Assembly: GCA_964497255.1 (NCBI GenBank)
Contig: CAZCCI010000001.1
Location: forward strand, 69,751 to 133,750
Direction of reading: 5' to 3'
Length of the DNA stretch: 64,000 bases
Source of the DNA: an uncultured Staphylococcus sp.
GTDB taxonomy: Bacteria > Bacteroidota > Bacteroidia > Bacteroidales > Muribaculaceae
Shown here: positions 9,878-20,075 of the stretch, piece by piece
How the letters are laid out: every line of letters begins with the position of its first letter
How positions within the stretch are numbered: the stretch's first letter is position 1
Translations under genes and position numbers: made by a program
Notes under the pieces: generated by a model
The model's input: the letters and a program-made list of their open reading frames with translations, nothing else
Databases searched by the model: none
What the model was told of the DNA's origin: nothing

Positions 9878-11371
9878 ATGAATAAAAAATATTACGGAAA
9901 AGTAATTTTTGAACTTTCGCGTCCGGGACGTCAAGGCTACAGTCTTCCGTCCAACGGTTGCAAAGACGCTCTGTCAACTATACCTGCCAGTCTGCTTCGC
10001 AGCAAAGCTCCGAATCTTCCGGAAGTCGACGAACTTACTGTGGTTCGCCACTACAACAATATGTCGACCAACAATTTCGGCGTTGATACCGGATTTTATC
10101 CGTTAGGCTCATGCACGATGAAATATAATCCGAAAATCAACGAGGAAATGGCTTCGCTTCCGGCATTTACATCGCTTCACCCCTTCCAACCCTCGGCAAC
10201 CGTCCAAGGTGCACTCGAAGCCTACCATACATTGCAGTCAATGCTGAGCGAAATCGGAGGCATGGCGGAGTTTACGCTCAATCCCTACGCCGGAGCTCAT
10301 GGCGAACTGACTGGTTTGATGGTTATTCGTGCATACCACGAAAGCCGTGGCGATCTGCAACGCACCAAAGTGATTGTCCCCGACTCCGCCCATGGCACAA
10401 ATCCCGCCTCGGCTGCCGTTGCCGGACTTAAAGTCATCGAAGTCAAAAGTCTCCCCGACGGAACAGTCGATGTAGAGGCTCTGCGGCCGTTGCTCGACGA
10501 CACGATTGCCGCCGTCATGATGACCAACCCCAACACCGTCGGAATTTTTGAACACAGCATTCCTGAAATTGCCGAGATGGTTCACGCCTGCGGAGCATTG
10601 CTCTACTACGATGGTGCAAACCTCAACCCGATGCTCGGCATAGCTCGTCCGGGCGACATGGGCTTTGATGTCATGCACATAAATCTCCACAAGACGTTTT
10701 CAACGCCACATGGTGGCGGTGGCCCCGGTTCCGGACCGGTCGGAGTGCGTGCCGGACTCGAAGAATTTCTCCCGAATCCTCGCGTAGTGAAACACGTCGG
10801 CGACAATGGCGACCCGCTTTTCCACCTCGATTTCGGAACGGAAAAAGCTCCTCATGCTCTCGGACGTATCTCGTCGTGGCTCGGTAACTTTGCAGTTGAA
10901 CTTCGAGCGTTGTCCTACATTCTTTCGCTCGGTCGTGACGGTCTCAAACTCGCCGGGACGCTCGCTACACTCAACGCAAACTATATCAAAGAATCGTTGC
11001 GCGACCTCTATGCGCTGCCGATTGACCGCGTGTGCAAACATGAGTTCGTTTTCGACGGTCTCGCCGACAAGTCGACAGGCGTGACAACACTCAACGTAGC
11101 CAAACGCTTGCTTGACCACGGATTCCATGCCCCGACTATATATTTCCCGTTGTTGTTCCATGAATCGCTTATGATCGAGCCGACCGAGACGGAAAGCAAA
11201 GAAACTCTCGACGAGTTCATAGACGTGATGCGCGACATTGCTCGCGAAGCTGCCGAGACCCCCGACACGGTTAAAAATGCGCCGTTGGAAACTCCGATAC
11301 GCAAACCTGATGACACCGCTGCGGCTCTGAATCCGGTTGTCACATTTGCTCAACTCGAATCTGCTTCATAA
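9878..11371 (+). CDS. gcvPB: Glycine dehydrogenase subunit 2
   Basis: PLGSCTMKYNP, SAHGTNPAS, PLP lysine HINLHKTFSTPHGGGGPG, MIEPTETES. Confidence 0.96.
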   Translation: MNKKYYGKVIFELSRPGRQGYSLPSNGCKDALSTIPASLLRSKAPNLPEVDELTVVRHYNNMSTNNFGVDTGFYPLGSCTMKYNPKINEEMASLPAFTSLHPFQPSATVQGALEAYHTLQSMLSEIGGMAEFTLNPYAGAHGELTGLMVIRAYHESRGDLQRTKVIVPDSAHGTNPASAAVAGLKVIEVKSLPDGTVDVEALRPLLDDTIAAVMMTNPNTVGIFEHSIPEIAEMVHACGALLYYDGANLNPMLGIARPGDMGFDVMHINLHKTFSTPHGGGGPGSGPVGVRAGLEEFLPNPRVVKHVGDNGDPLFHLDFGTEKAPHALGRISSWLGNFAVELRALSYILSLGRDGLKLAGTLATLNANYIKESLRDLYALPIDRVCKHEFVFDGLADKSTGVTTLNVAKRLLDHGFHAPTIYFPLLFHESLMIEPTETESKETLDEFIDVMRDIAREAAETPDTVKNAPLETPIRKPDDTAAALNPVVTFAQLESAS

Positions 11372-11381
11372 ACACATCTCT

Positions 11382-12722
11382 ATGGAACAAACGGATCTGA
11401 TAATCATAGGAGCCGGTCCGGGCGGATATGAGACAGCGATTGATGCCGTCAAACTCGGAAAAAGAGTTACGCTAATAGAACGCTCTGAACCGGGTGGCAC
11501 TTGCCTAAATCGAGGTTGCATCCCGACCAAAGCTCTATGCCGTTCGGCTGAAGTGGCGATGACTCTAACTTCGGCGACCGACCACGGTTTCGCTCCTGTC
11601 AACCCATCGGTTGATTTTACAGCAATTATGAATCGCAAAGACCGCATAGTCGGCGAATTGCGTGACGGTGTAACATCTCTACTTAAAGATGTGAACCTCG
11701 TCAACGGTGAAGCAAAATTCAAATCACAATCCGTCGTTGAAGTCAACGGAGTCGACTACACTGCGCCTGAAATCATTATTGCAACCGGTTCTCAACCGTC
11801 ACGATTGCCGATTGAAGGAGGAGAAACGGCTTTGACAAGCGACGAAATTCTTGCGCTTGACACGTTGCCGAAATCACTGTGTGTCATCGGTGGCGGAGTC
11901 ATCGGGATGGAGTTCGCCTCGATTTTTGCAGCCTTAGGCTCAACCGTAACTGTCATTGAATATTGTAAGGAAATCCTTCCGCCCTTCGACTCTGAAATTG
12001 CCAAACGTCTGCGAATGACGATGAAGCGACGCGGCATAGAAATCATCACCGGAGCTGAAGTCAAATCGATTGTCAATGGTTCAACTGTCAACTATATTGC
12101 AAAAGGCAAAGAAAAATTCATCGAAGCCGACGCGGTTCTTATGGCAGTCGGACGACGACCGGTAATCCCTGACGGACTTGCAGCTATCGGAGTGAAATTC
12201 AATCGAGGAGCAATCGCTGTCAACCCGACAGATATGACAGTCTTGTTAGACGATTCACACCAACAGGCAACCGACGGCTCAAAATTGTATGCAATCGGCG
12301 ATGTCAACGGTCTTTGTATGCTTGCCCACGCCGCGACAATGCACGGCAAAGTCGCATTAGGTTTGCGCTCGCTGACTGACGTAATCCCCTCGGCTGTCTT
12401 CACATCGCCCGAATGTGCAATGGTCGGTCTGACCGAAGAGGCTTGCATATCAGCGGAACGCAACATTAAAATCGGTAAGGCAACTTTCCGCTCCAATGGT
12501 AAGGCTCTCGCGATGGGCGAACCGGACGGTTTGGTCAAAATAATTGTCGATGCAGACTCTGAAAAGATTATCGGCTGCCACATCTGTGGCGCACACGCTG
12601 CTGATCTCGTCCAAGAGGTTGCAACCGTCATGCAAGCCGGGCTTCCCGTTTCAGCAATCTACGAAGCAGTCCATGCCCACCCCACCCTCGGAGAATCTGT
12701 TCTCGCTGCCATTCCGACATAA
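11382..12722 (+). CDS. lpdA: Dihydrolipoamide dehydrogenase (L protein)
   Basis: GAGPGG, GGTCLNRGCIPTK, GGGVIG, HAHPTLGE. Confidence 0.95.
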   Translation: MEQTDLIIIGAGPGGYETAIDAVKLGKRVTLIERSEPGGTCLNRGCIPTKALCRSAEVAMTLTSATDHGFAPVNPSVDFTAIMNRKDRIVGELRDGVTSLLKDVNLVNGEAKFKSQSVVEVNGVDYTAPEIIIATGSQPSRLPIEGGETALTSDEILALDTLPKSLCVIGGGVIGMEFASIFAALGSTVTVIEYCKEILPPFDSEIAKRLRMTMKRRGIEIITGAEVKSIVNGSTVNYIAKGKEKFIEADAVLMAVGRRPVIPDGLAAIGVKFNRGAIAVNPTDMTVLLDDSHQQATDGSKLYAIGDVNGLCMLAHAATMHGKVALGLRSLTDVIPSAVFTSPECAMVGLTEEACISAERNIKIGKATFRSNGKALAMGEPDGLVKIIVDADSEKIIGCHICGAHAADLVQEVATVMQAGLPVSAIYEAVHAHPTLGESVLAAIPT

Positions 12723-12761
12723 AATTACAATCGGATAGAACTCCCTCGTAACAATATGCGA

Positions 12762-12800
12762 CACACCGCCGATATGATCAACAGACCATTCGGCGGTGTG
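12762..12800. terminator. Hairpin between convergent genes (probable bidirectional terminator)
   Basis: cacaccgccga ... tcggcggtgtg stem. Confidence 0.6.
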
Positions 12801-12837
12801 GATAGCAATTCGATTATAATCTTTCCGTAAGGAGTTT

Positions 12838-13392
12838 TTAATCTTCATCATGAGGAAATAATTTGTCCTCGCAATCAAGATGATAGTCTTTTGACAGCAG
12901 TGCAATAAACTTTGAAATCTGTTTAATCGCATTTTGAGTTTCGGGTGTCACGTCCTTGCCTTGCAGACGCAACATCAACATTCCATAGAGGGCGTTGAAA
13001 CAAGTTTCAATCTCGCCCGGAGGATTTTCGCCGGCTTTGGCTCGAAGTTCGACAATGAAAGGCAAAACCTTGTAGAACTCAGCTCCATACTCCGGGAATC
13101 GACTGTCTTTCAATAATTCGATATGAAGATCGGTCAATTGAATAATGACGTTTTTATTGAGTTGGAGATGCCCGCTCTTTTCGACATTTTCTCGACGCAT
13201 CATGTCGATCAATGACTCATACCACTCCGTCATTTCTTTTTCATGAGCCGAATCAAGATTGAATTTTGCAATGACATTCTCTTTTATGCGTTCGATCTCA
13301 AGGTTGTTAGCTCGAATTATGTCCTCAACCTGCCACATATAAAGCAGATATTCCGCAATATTCTCCTTATGTTTCTGTGAAGCTATATACAT
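12838..13392 (-). CDS. DUF4924-like conserved Bacteroidales protein
   Basis: ENIAEYLLYMWQVEDIIRA N-terminus recognised from memory. Confidence 0.75.
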   Translation of the reverse strand: MYIASQKHKENIAEYLLYMWQVEDIIRANNLEIERIKENVIAKFNLDSAHEKEMTEWYESLIDMMRRENVEKSGHLQLNKNVIIQLTDLHIELLKDSRFPEYGAEFYKVLPFIVELRAKAGENPPGEIETCFNALYGMLMLRLQGKDVTPETQNAIKQISKFIALLSKDYHLDCEDKLFPHDED

Positions 13393-13560
13393 TGTTTAAC
13401 TTTTTAAACTTTTATCTTATTCATCCACAAATTTACGACAAAAACATCAGCTTTGCGTCACTCGAAGCAAATAAAATCGTCATATCGTCTGAAACATTGC
13501 TTTTAGACTTGTAAAATCAAATTCTTAGACGTGACGGCGTGAAAGTTCGTGAAAATTCAG

Positions 13561-13568
13561 TAATTTTG
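13561..13568 (+). promoter_or_regulatory. -7 promoter element for mnmE
   Basis: TAATTTTG immediately upstream of start codon. Confidence 0.5.
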
Positions 13569-13573
13569 CAACT

Positions 13574-15022
13574 ATGTATCAGCAACTCGATTCAGACACC
13601 ATTTGCGCCATTTCGACCCCGGCAGGAGTCGGAGGCATAGCCGTGGTTCGTGTCAGCGGACCAAATGCAATTCAAATTACAGACTCTGTGTGGAAAGGAC
13701 GTCGACTCGCAGATGTCTCTACGCATACCGCACACCTCGGTGACATTATTGATCCCGAGAATCCGACAGAACCGTTAGACACAGGTGTTGCTACCGTTTT
13801 TAAAGGGCCTCGCTCGTTTACCGGTGATGATGTGGTTGAAATTTCAATCCACGGTTCACGTTGGATTCAGCGTGAGCTCGTCAATCTGCTCATTAGACGC
13901 GGATGCCGTATGGCTGAACCCGGAGAGTTTACTCGTAGAGCATTCGCCAACGGCCGACTTGATCTCACTCAGGCCGAGGCTGTTGCCGATGTAATCGCGG
14001 CTTCTTCTCGAAGTGCTCACCGCTTGGCTGCGTCGCAAATGAGGGGCGAATTTTCAAAACATATCTCCGAACTTCGCGACAAACTTATTGAAATCGCATC
14101 ATTACTCGAACTGGAACTTGATTTTTCGGAAGAGGATGTGGAATTTGCATCGCGTCGTCAACTCGAATCGTTGGCGCAAACATTGCTGGCTAAAATTTCG
14201 TCGTTGGCATCGTCGTTTTCAACCGGTAGCGTGCTTAAAGACGGGGTCCCGGTGGCAATTGTCGGCGAGCCGAACGTTGGCAAATCGACCCTGCTTAATG
14301 CTCTCTTACGCGACAACCGTGCTATCGTCAGTGATATTCCCGGAACGACTCGCGACACGATTGAGGACACGATGGAAATCGACGGGATACTCTACCGCTT
14401 TATTGACACAGCCGGTATTCGACAAACGACAGACTCGATTGAAAATCTCGGTATCGAACGTTCGTATGCCGCAATTTCTCGTGCACGAATCGTTGTGTTG
14501 CTTCTTACACCCGATATTTCAGCCGAGAAATTTGAAGAAATCCGCTCAACCGTAGTCTCTCATCTGCCCGAAGATGCAGCTTTGATTACCGTCATTAACA
14601 AAATCGATACGCTTTCTTCTGACTCTTCTATCAATGACGGAAGCGTGGCTACCATTGGGGACATTAGTATTACATCTGACCAAGATTCTCAAAACAATAA
14701 TTCGTCAGCTTCTCCTCTACTGATTTCAGCGTCAAAGGGCCTGAACATCGACCAACTCATAAATCAGTTGAAACGACACTCAGGTGCAGATGACACAGAG
14801 GACGCAGGTATGATCGTCACCAATGCTCGCCACTATGAAGCTCTACTCCACGCACAGGCTTCGCTCATTCGTGTTATCGACGGTATCACTGCCAATATCT
14901 CCGGCGACTTCATAGCTCAAGATCTCCGTGAAACAATCCACCACCTCTCCGTAATCACAGGCTCAATCACCACGACAGATCTACTGTCATCTATATTTGA
15001 AAAATTTTGCATCGGGAAATAG
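13574..15022 (+). CDS. mnmE: tRNA modification GTPase MnmE/TrmE
   Basis: TICAISTP, SFTGDDVVEISIHGS, GEPNVGKSTL, DTAGIR, NKID, terminal FCIGK. Confidence 0.98.
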   Translation: MYQQLDSDTICAISTPAGVGGIAVVRVSGPNAIQITDSVWKGRRLADVSTHTAHLGDIIDPENPTEPLDTGVATVFKGPRSFTGDDVVEISIHGSRWIQRELVNLLIRRGCRMAEPGEFTRRAFANGRLDLTQAEAVADVIAASSRSAHRLAASQMRGEFSKHISELRDKLIEIASLLELELDFSEEDVEFASRRQLESLAQTLLAKISSLASSFSTGSVLKDGVPVAIVGEPNVGKSTLLNALLRDNRAIVSDIPGTTRDTIEDTMEIDGILYRFIDTAGIRQTTDSIENLGIERSYAAISRARIVVLLLTPDISAEKFEEIRSTVVSHLPEDAALITVINKIDTLSSDSSINDGSVATIGDISITSDQDSQNNNSSASPLLISASKGLNIDQLINQLKRHSGADDTEDAGMIVTNARHYEALLHAQASLIRVIDGITANISGDFIAQDLRETIHHLSVITGSITTTDLLSSIFEKFCIGK

Positions 15023-15062
15023 GTATAGTATTAAAACCGATTAAAATATATCACCAAATATC

Positions 15063-15094
15063 AGAAAGGCGCTCAAAATGAGTGCCTTTCTTTA
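15063..15094 (+). terminator. Rho-independent terminator after mnmE
   Basis: agaaaggcgctca-aaa-tgagtgcctttct then TTT. Confidence 0.75.
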
Positions 15095-15218
15095 TGACTG
15101 CTTGTCGGCGTTTTAATCGTTTGTGGTCGTTTTCAAGTTATTTTTTCCTCGTTTTTGTACCTCATTTGGCTCTCATCTTCATCGGTTGAAAACCACTCCA
15201 GCGAGATGATGGATGATG

Positions 15219-15254
15219 TTGACTGTAGTTGACTATGATTGACTATAGTTGACT
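15219..15254. repeat. 10-bp-period tandem repeat (TTGACTRTRG x3.6) upstream of xis-like gene
   Basis: ttgactgtag ttgactatga ttgactatag ttgact. Confidence 0.85.
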
Positions 15255-15300
15255 AAAATGGCGAAATGAGTGGAGAAATCATCGACCAAAAACGACGGAA

Positions 15301-16233
15301 ATGGCAACCAGTAAAATCAGAATTGTCAAAATCTGCGAAAGATGCGGAATGGAGTTCCTGGCGCAAAAACAAAGCACCAGATTCTGCTCTCATCAATGCA
15401 GTAGAATGGCTTACAAAGATGCCAAACGACTTGAGCGCAAAAGGAACACGGAAGCAAGAGTCAGAACACATGTACAGGAAATAGTTCAATCCGAAATCGG
15501 AGATAAAGAACTCCTGACATTTCGTGAGGCCGCAGCATTGCTCGGCATTACTAAACAGGCAATGTACGCCCTTGTTGCGAGAGGATCCATCATTGCGTAC
15601 AAAATTACAAGTCGATTGTCAAGAATCAGGAAAACGGATATTGACAAAATGCTTGAGAGCAATCCATATATATCCTCCCCTCTCAGGTCAAAAAAGCAGC
15701 GTGAGCCTATCACCGAGTTCTATACAACCAAAGAAGTTCTGGAGAAATTCTCCATAAGCAATTCGTGGCTTTTCACAGTTGCCAAACGGCAGAACATTCC
15801 CAAAGTAACTCAGCATGGCAAAACATACTGGAGCAAGAAACACTGCGACATGATATTCGGCAAAAAAGATACTTCTGTTGAAGAAATAACAGAATGGTAT
15901 TCTGTTGCTGAAATCCAGGAAATATTTGGCATGACCCTCCCGGCGATATATTGCCTTGTTTCAAAAGTTGGAATACCCAAGAAGAAGGAAGGTAAGGAAG
16001 TCCGCTATTCAAAGAAACATTTTGATGCGGCAAAAGGTATTGCCGAGCCTGTTGAACCGGAATGGTACAGCATTGCCGAGGCAACCGAGAAGTTCAACAT
16101 GTCACGCGACCAACTTTACCATTATATCAAGACCTACAAGGTCAAGAAGAAAATGGTCGGCAAATATTGCTATCTCGCAAAGGACGAAGTAGATGCGCTG
16201 TTCGAAAACATCTTCACTCCACCTTCAATCTAA
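15301..16233 (+). CDS. Multi-HTH excisionase-like DNA-binding protein with N-terminal Zn-finger
   Basis: CERC..FCSHQC, then HTH_17-like units LLTFREAAALLGIT, FYTTKEVLEKF, WYSVAEIQEIF, WYSIAEATEKF. Confidence 0.8.
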   Translation: MATSKIRIVKICERCGMEFLAQKQSTRFCSHQCSRMAYKDAKRLERKRNTEARVRTHVQEIVQSEIGDKELLTFREAAALLGITKQAMYALVARGSIIAYKITSRLSRIRKTDIDKMLESNPYISSPLRSKKQREPITEFYTTKEVLEKFSISNSWLFTVAKRQNIPKVTQHGKTYWSKKHCDMIFGKKDTSVEEITEWYSVAEIQEIFGMTLPAIYCLVSKVGIPKKKEGKEVRYSKKHFDAAKGIAEPVEPEWYSIAEATEKFNMSRDQLYHYIKTYKVKKKMVGKYCYLAKDEVDALFENIFTPPSI

Positions 16234-16319
16234 TCCGGTTGCAAGTTTTTCCAAAGTTGTACCTCAATAACTTACCAACCGGGGAATAACTCCACATATT
16301 TGCAGAAAAAAGAAAAACT

Positions 16320-17423
16320 ATGGCTACATGTGCTAAGGTATATCTGCGGCAGAAACCTATAACAAAAGGCCGCATGTCACTGTATCTGGATTACTGGCCC
16401 GCAGTCCGTAATCCCCATACAGGGCGTCTGTCTCGCCGGGAGTTTCTCGGCTTCTATATCTACGCCGAACCGAAGAATGACATAGAAAGAGATTATAATG
16501 AAGCAATGCTCACCCAAGGTGAACTCATCCGTTGCCGTCGTCAGGAGCAAGTAATCAACAAGCAGTTCGGATTCATGGACCGACATCAGGAGAAGGCAGA
16601 CTTCCTTGACTACTTCAAAAAGATGTGCAAAGGAAAACCCCAGAAATGGGAAATTGTCTATCGTCACTTCGAGATCTTCGTAAAAGGGAAATGTCTCTTT
16701 GAAGAGGTGACGGTGGAACTATGTACAAAGTTCCGTGAATACCTTCTGACAGCCAATAATCTGCGCCTGACGCATAGAAAACTTTCACAGAACTCTATTG
16801 CCGGTTATTTCTCGACTTTTAGAGGGCTACTGAAAGTAGCTTACAGGGATAAGCTCTTGAAAGAGAACATCAACGACTATCTCGACAAGATAGAATGGAA
16901 AGACGTTCAAAAAGAGTATCTCACTCAGGACGAACTCATAATACTCGCCAAAACGCCTTGTAAGATTGATGTCCTGAAAAGAGCGTCCCTATTCTCTTGC
17001 CTCACGGGGTTGCGTATCAGTGACATAGAGAATCTGACATGGAACAATCTCCGCATTGCTCCCGATAAAGGGCCATGTGTCAGAATCAGGACGCAGAAGA
17101 CCTCCACCGAGGCAATTCTACCGATAAGTTACGAGGCTCTTGAACTCTGTGGGGAACGAGGTGAAGGCAAGGTCTTCAAGGGACTGACACGTTCTATGAT
17201 CAATGTGCCGCTCAAGAACTGGATTGAGGCTTCCGGCATCAAGAAGCATATCACGTTCCACTGCTTCCGTCATACATACGCAACACTTCAGATTGCCGCA
17301 GGAACAGACATATACACGGTCTCAAAGATGCTGACTCACAAATCAGTCGTAACTACCCAGATATACGCGGATCTCGTGTCTTCCAAGAAGCGAGAAACCG
17401 TCGATAAGATAAAACTGAAATAG
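16320..17423 (+). CDS. Tyrosine site-specific integrase
   Basis: TGLRISD, KT, HCFRHTYAT, LTHKSVVTTQIYA catalytic residues; arm-binding and SAM-like N-terminus. Confidence 0.96.
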   Translation: MATCAKVYLRQKPITKGRMSLYLDYWPAVRNPHTGRLSRREFLGFYIYAEPKNDIERDYNEAMLTQGELIRCRRQEQVINKQFGFMDRHQEKADFLDYFKKMCKGKPQKWEIVYRHFEIFVKGKCLFEEVTVELCTKFREYLLTANNLRLTHRKLSQNSIAGYFSTFRGLLKVAYRDKLLKENINDYLDKIEWKDVQKEYLTQDELIILAKTPCKIDVLKRASLFSCLTGLRISDIENLTWNNLRIAPDKGPCVRIRTQKTSTEAILPISYEALELCGERGEGKVFKGLTRSMINVPLKNWIEASGIKKHITFHCFRHTYATLQIAAGTDIYTVSKMLTHKSVVTTQIYADLVSSKKRETVDKIKLK

Positions 17424-17445
17424 TCCTTATTTGTACCTCTTGTTG

Positions 17446-17471
17446 AAAGGATGCCCTTCGGGGTGTCCTTT
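17446..17471 (+). terminator. Terminator after integrase
   Basis: aaaggatgccc-ttcg-gggtgtccttt. Confidence 0.8.
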
Positions 17472-17734
17472 TGTGCGTTAAATATGCCTAATATATCTCA
17501 GTATTTGTAAATGTCAGAACTTGAAAGATTTCGGTTCAATAGAATTTCAGTCAAGGGCTCAATTCAATTTTTGAATTTCGCTCACGATGGATTTCCATTC
17601 AGCCGAAATGGATGGAAATATAAATTCTGACGCACTTTATAACAAATCATAACATTGATTTTCAGGGCATTTCTCATGCGTTATTCTATTAGAAAATAAC
17701 GAACTCATAATTGAATTTAATACATATCGTAAAG

Positions 17735-18421
17735 ATGAAAGCCCCTTATAAATCCCCTTGGACAAGAGCATATCTCACCGTTGTAACGATGTCGGCGCTT
17801 GGCATCGGTGTCTCCGATTATACAAGAATGATAACGGAAACCTCCGATATTTTCCTTGCTATCTTTCATACGATATTCATATTATCACTTGTATACGGCA
17901 CAGGATATCTGATATATCTCATATCTGCATACTATATTGTCCCCAAATTATACGTTGCACACATTTCCTGCAAATCAAGTGACGAGGAAAGCGACAGACA
18001 GCAAGCGGACTTCCTTATGGGGACTGATTCAAATACCGAATCCGGCATGATGGATGATATTCTTTCATATTCATCCCTCACATTCGAGAAACATCTGTCC
18101 AAGGCTCAGATTCAAACGCTCTGTAACAATATTCAGCAGCTTGCCAAAGGTAAAGATGTGTCAGATGATATTACAGTTAAATTGGATGGTGTGACCTCCA
18201 ATGACCTGTATCATTTCGGCTGGAATATCGGAAAACGTCTCAAAAGATCCAATATACAGATAGCCTGGTTCCTTAAGGATACCTTCAAGTTAATGTTTTC
18301 AGATGTTGCTGTTGACACCATACAGACAAAACTGGCTATCAAAGAAGGGTCTTTCACTCTCAAACTCATACCGCTTGACCAGCCCCTCATACCTCACATG
18401 TTCCCGGCGACTGGCTTCTAA
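17735..18421 (+). CDS. Hypothetical membrane protein of Bacteroidales integrative elements
   Basis: Two N-terminal hydrophobic segments; C-terminal NDLYHFGWNI motif. Confidence 0.65.
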   Translation: MKAPYKSPWTRAYLTVVTMSALGIGVSDYTRMITETSDIFLAIFHTIFILSLVYGTGYLIYLISAYYIVPKLYVAHISCKSSDEESDRQQADFLMGTDSNTESGMMDDILSYSSLTFEKHLSKAQIQTLCNNIQQLAKGKDVSDDITVKLDGVTSNDLYHFGWNIGKRLKRSNIQIAWFLKDTFKLMFSDVAVDTIQTKLAIKEGSFTLKLIPLDQPLIPHMFPATGF

Positions 18422-18470
18422 GAGAAACAGTAAATTCCAACCGCAATCAAGTCTGAAAATATAATAAAAT

Positions 18471-18845
18471 ATGGAGAATACGCCCTCATTCGATACTATG
18501 CCCAAAATGCTCGCAGAAATGATGGAACAGATGTCATACATGACCAAGGAACTCACAAGTATGTCCAAAAGACTCCAGAGTCAATCCAAAATGATTCCGG
18601 CCGAAGGCTTCATAGATCTTGAGACAGCCTGCGAAGTAGTCCATCTGAAGAAGCCGACTATCTACAAGTTGGCTCAGAAAGGTCTCATCCCCCATTATAA
18701 GCCGGCCAAAGAATTATTGTTCCGACGATCTGAACTCATTAAATGGGTTGAAGACAGTCGGCGGATAAGCAAGATGAGTCTGGAAGAAATAACCCAGATG
18801 ATGACAGGCTCAGTAAAACGAAAGCCTAAGAGATGGGATGGCTGA
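18471..18845 (+). CDS. HTH excisionase-family protein
   Basis: IDLETACEVVHLKKPTIYKLAQKGLIPHYK..ELLFRRSELIKW. Confidence 0.85.
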   Translation: MENTPSFDTMPKMLAEMMEQMSYMTKELTSMSKRLQSQSKMIPAEGFIDLETACEVVHLKKPTIYKLAQKGLIPHYKPAKELLFRRSELIKWVEDSRRISKMSLEEITQMMTGSVKRKPKRWDG

Positions 18846-18870
18846 AAACCATTCTTACTGTCTTTCATGG

Positions 18871-18897
18871 GTCTCAGAGTTTCTCTGAGACTTTTTT
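18871..18897 (+). terminator. Terminator after xis
   Basis: gtctcagag-ttt-ctctgagac then T6. Confidence 0.8.
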
Positions 18898-18903
18898 ATG
18901 TCC

Positions 18904-18970
18904 TTGCATCTCACCCTGCATTTGGGTCTGCATTTCATTCCGCATTTGACTTTGTATTTGATTTCGCAGC
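18904..18970. repeat. Imperfect 12-bp-period tandem repeat (six units)
   Basis: GCA/GTA at 18906, 18918, 18930, 18942, 18954, 18966; unit approx YYGCATTTSAYT. Confidence 0.65.
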
Positions 18971-19455
18971 CGGAACCACTTTTAAGATGACAAAGCATAT
19001 TGGAATGGTCTTAACATAAGGCTTGTCATTGGCATCGCCTGTTATAACAGCGTTTGATGTTGCTGCTCTCGCCATCAAAACTGCCGAAGACCGTCTATTA
19101 ATCCCGATGGGGGCAACCTATTGACTTCTTGTTTTCGTATGCGTCTGCTTCAGGCACTCCAAATGGAATTGTCTGACTTCTTAATCTCGAATGACCCACT
19201 TTTGCTGCCGGTATCCGTGTCCTCTTTTGATTGCTGGTCTGGTTGTGCTTCGCCATTGAGTACGGTCGATTGATTTTCTCTTTGCACCATTGAAGTTGGA
19301 GGACTGATTGCGCTCTCATGACGGCATGGTCAGGCTGCTTATATAAAGAGGCTGGCCCTCTGATGCTGTATCGGCGTATCCGAGACTGTCTGCGGACCGG
19401 AGAACAGGTGTCCCGATTTCTTTCCATGTCCAATTTTCCTGACGAAGCAAGAGCC

Positions 19456-19655
19456 AATCATTTTACTGCGCAAAGGTTGTATGCTGCGACATCTTGAAGA
19501 TGTCCTGTGGACGCTTCCGCAAGGTCGCTCTGCCAATGAACGTGTGAAAAATCTTCCTTTCCATAGGTTCGTGCCTCTCTTATGGCAAGAGTATTGTTTC
19601 ACTCAACCCCCGGCTGCCACTGAAGCCGCAAACCCTGAAATGCACATAAAATTAA
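19456..19655 (+). promoter_or_regulatory. Long imperfect hairpin, candidate ssDNA promoter (divergent copy E1)
   Basis: atttta/taaaat, tgcgca/tgcaca, aaggtt/aaccct pairing; CAAAGGTT at 19471; precedes ssb. Confidence 0.5.
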
Positions 19656-19682
19656 TTTACTCACTTCTAAAAATTTACAGAC

Positions 19683-20075
19683 ATGAAGAAAATCAGCAAC
19701 ACCTTCGAACTCTCCGGCTTCATCGCAAACGACGCCCAGATCCGCAACTTCGACACCGCATCGGTAGCCCGCTTCGCCATCTCGGTAAGCCGCGCCGAAA
19801 AGAACCAGGCCGGTGAGACATCATTCAAGTCTGCCCTCATCAACATCGAGGCATGGCGCAAGAACGAGAACCTCGACTCCTTCGACCGCCTCAAGAAAGG
19901 CGAGCACATCACCGTAACCGGCTACTTCAAGCCCGAGGAATGGACGGGTACCGACGGCAAGAAAAACCAGCGTGTCGTTCTCGTGGCAATGAAGTTCCAC
20001 CGTACTCCCGAAATGGAGGAACAGCCTGAGACTTCCGCCAAGAAATCATCCAAGAAGTCGAAGAAAGCCGCCTGA
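19683..20075 (+). CDS. ssb: Single-stranded DNA-binding protein (basic tail)
   Basis: OB fold LSGFIANDAQ..VARFAISV..INIEAW..KKGEHITVTGYFKPEEW. Confidence 0.85.
   Translation: MKKISNTFELSGFIANDAQIRNFDTASVARFAISVSRAEKNQAGETSFKSALINIEAWRKNENLDSFDRLKKGEHITVTGYFKPEEWTGTDGKKNQRVVLVAMKFHRTPEMEEQPETSAKKSSKKSKKAA

Noticed and set aside
1863-12722. ETF/acyl-CoA dehydrogenase and split gcvPA/PB operon as novelty
   Set aside because: Both are known, ordinary arrangements; nothing unusual seen in the sequence.
244-15022. Numerous long alternative-frame and antisense ORFs over housekeeping genes
   Set aside because: They shadow well-supported genes and show no recognisable motifs; expected from codon bias.
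19098-19457. Minus-strand 119-aa ORF before hairpin E1
   Set aside because: No recognisable motif and atypical composition; may be a read-through product of the inverted promoter region or a remnant.
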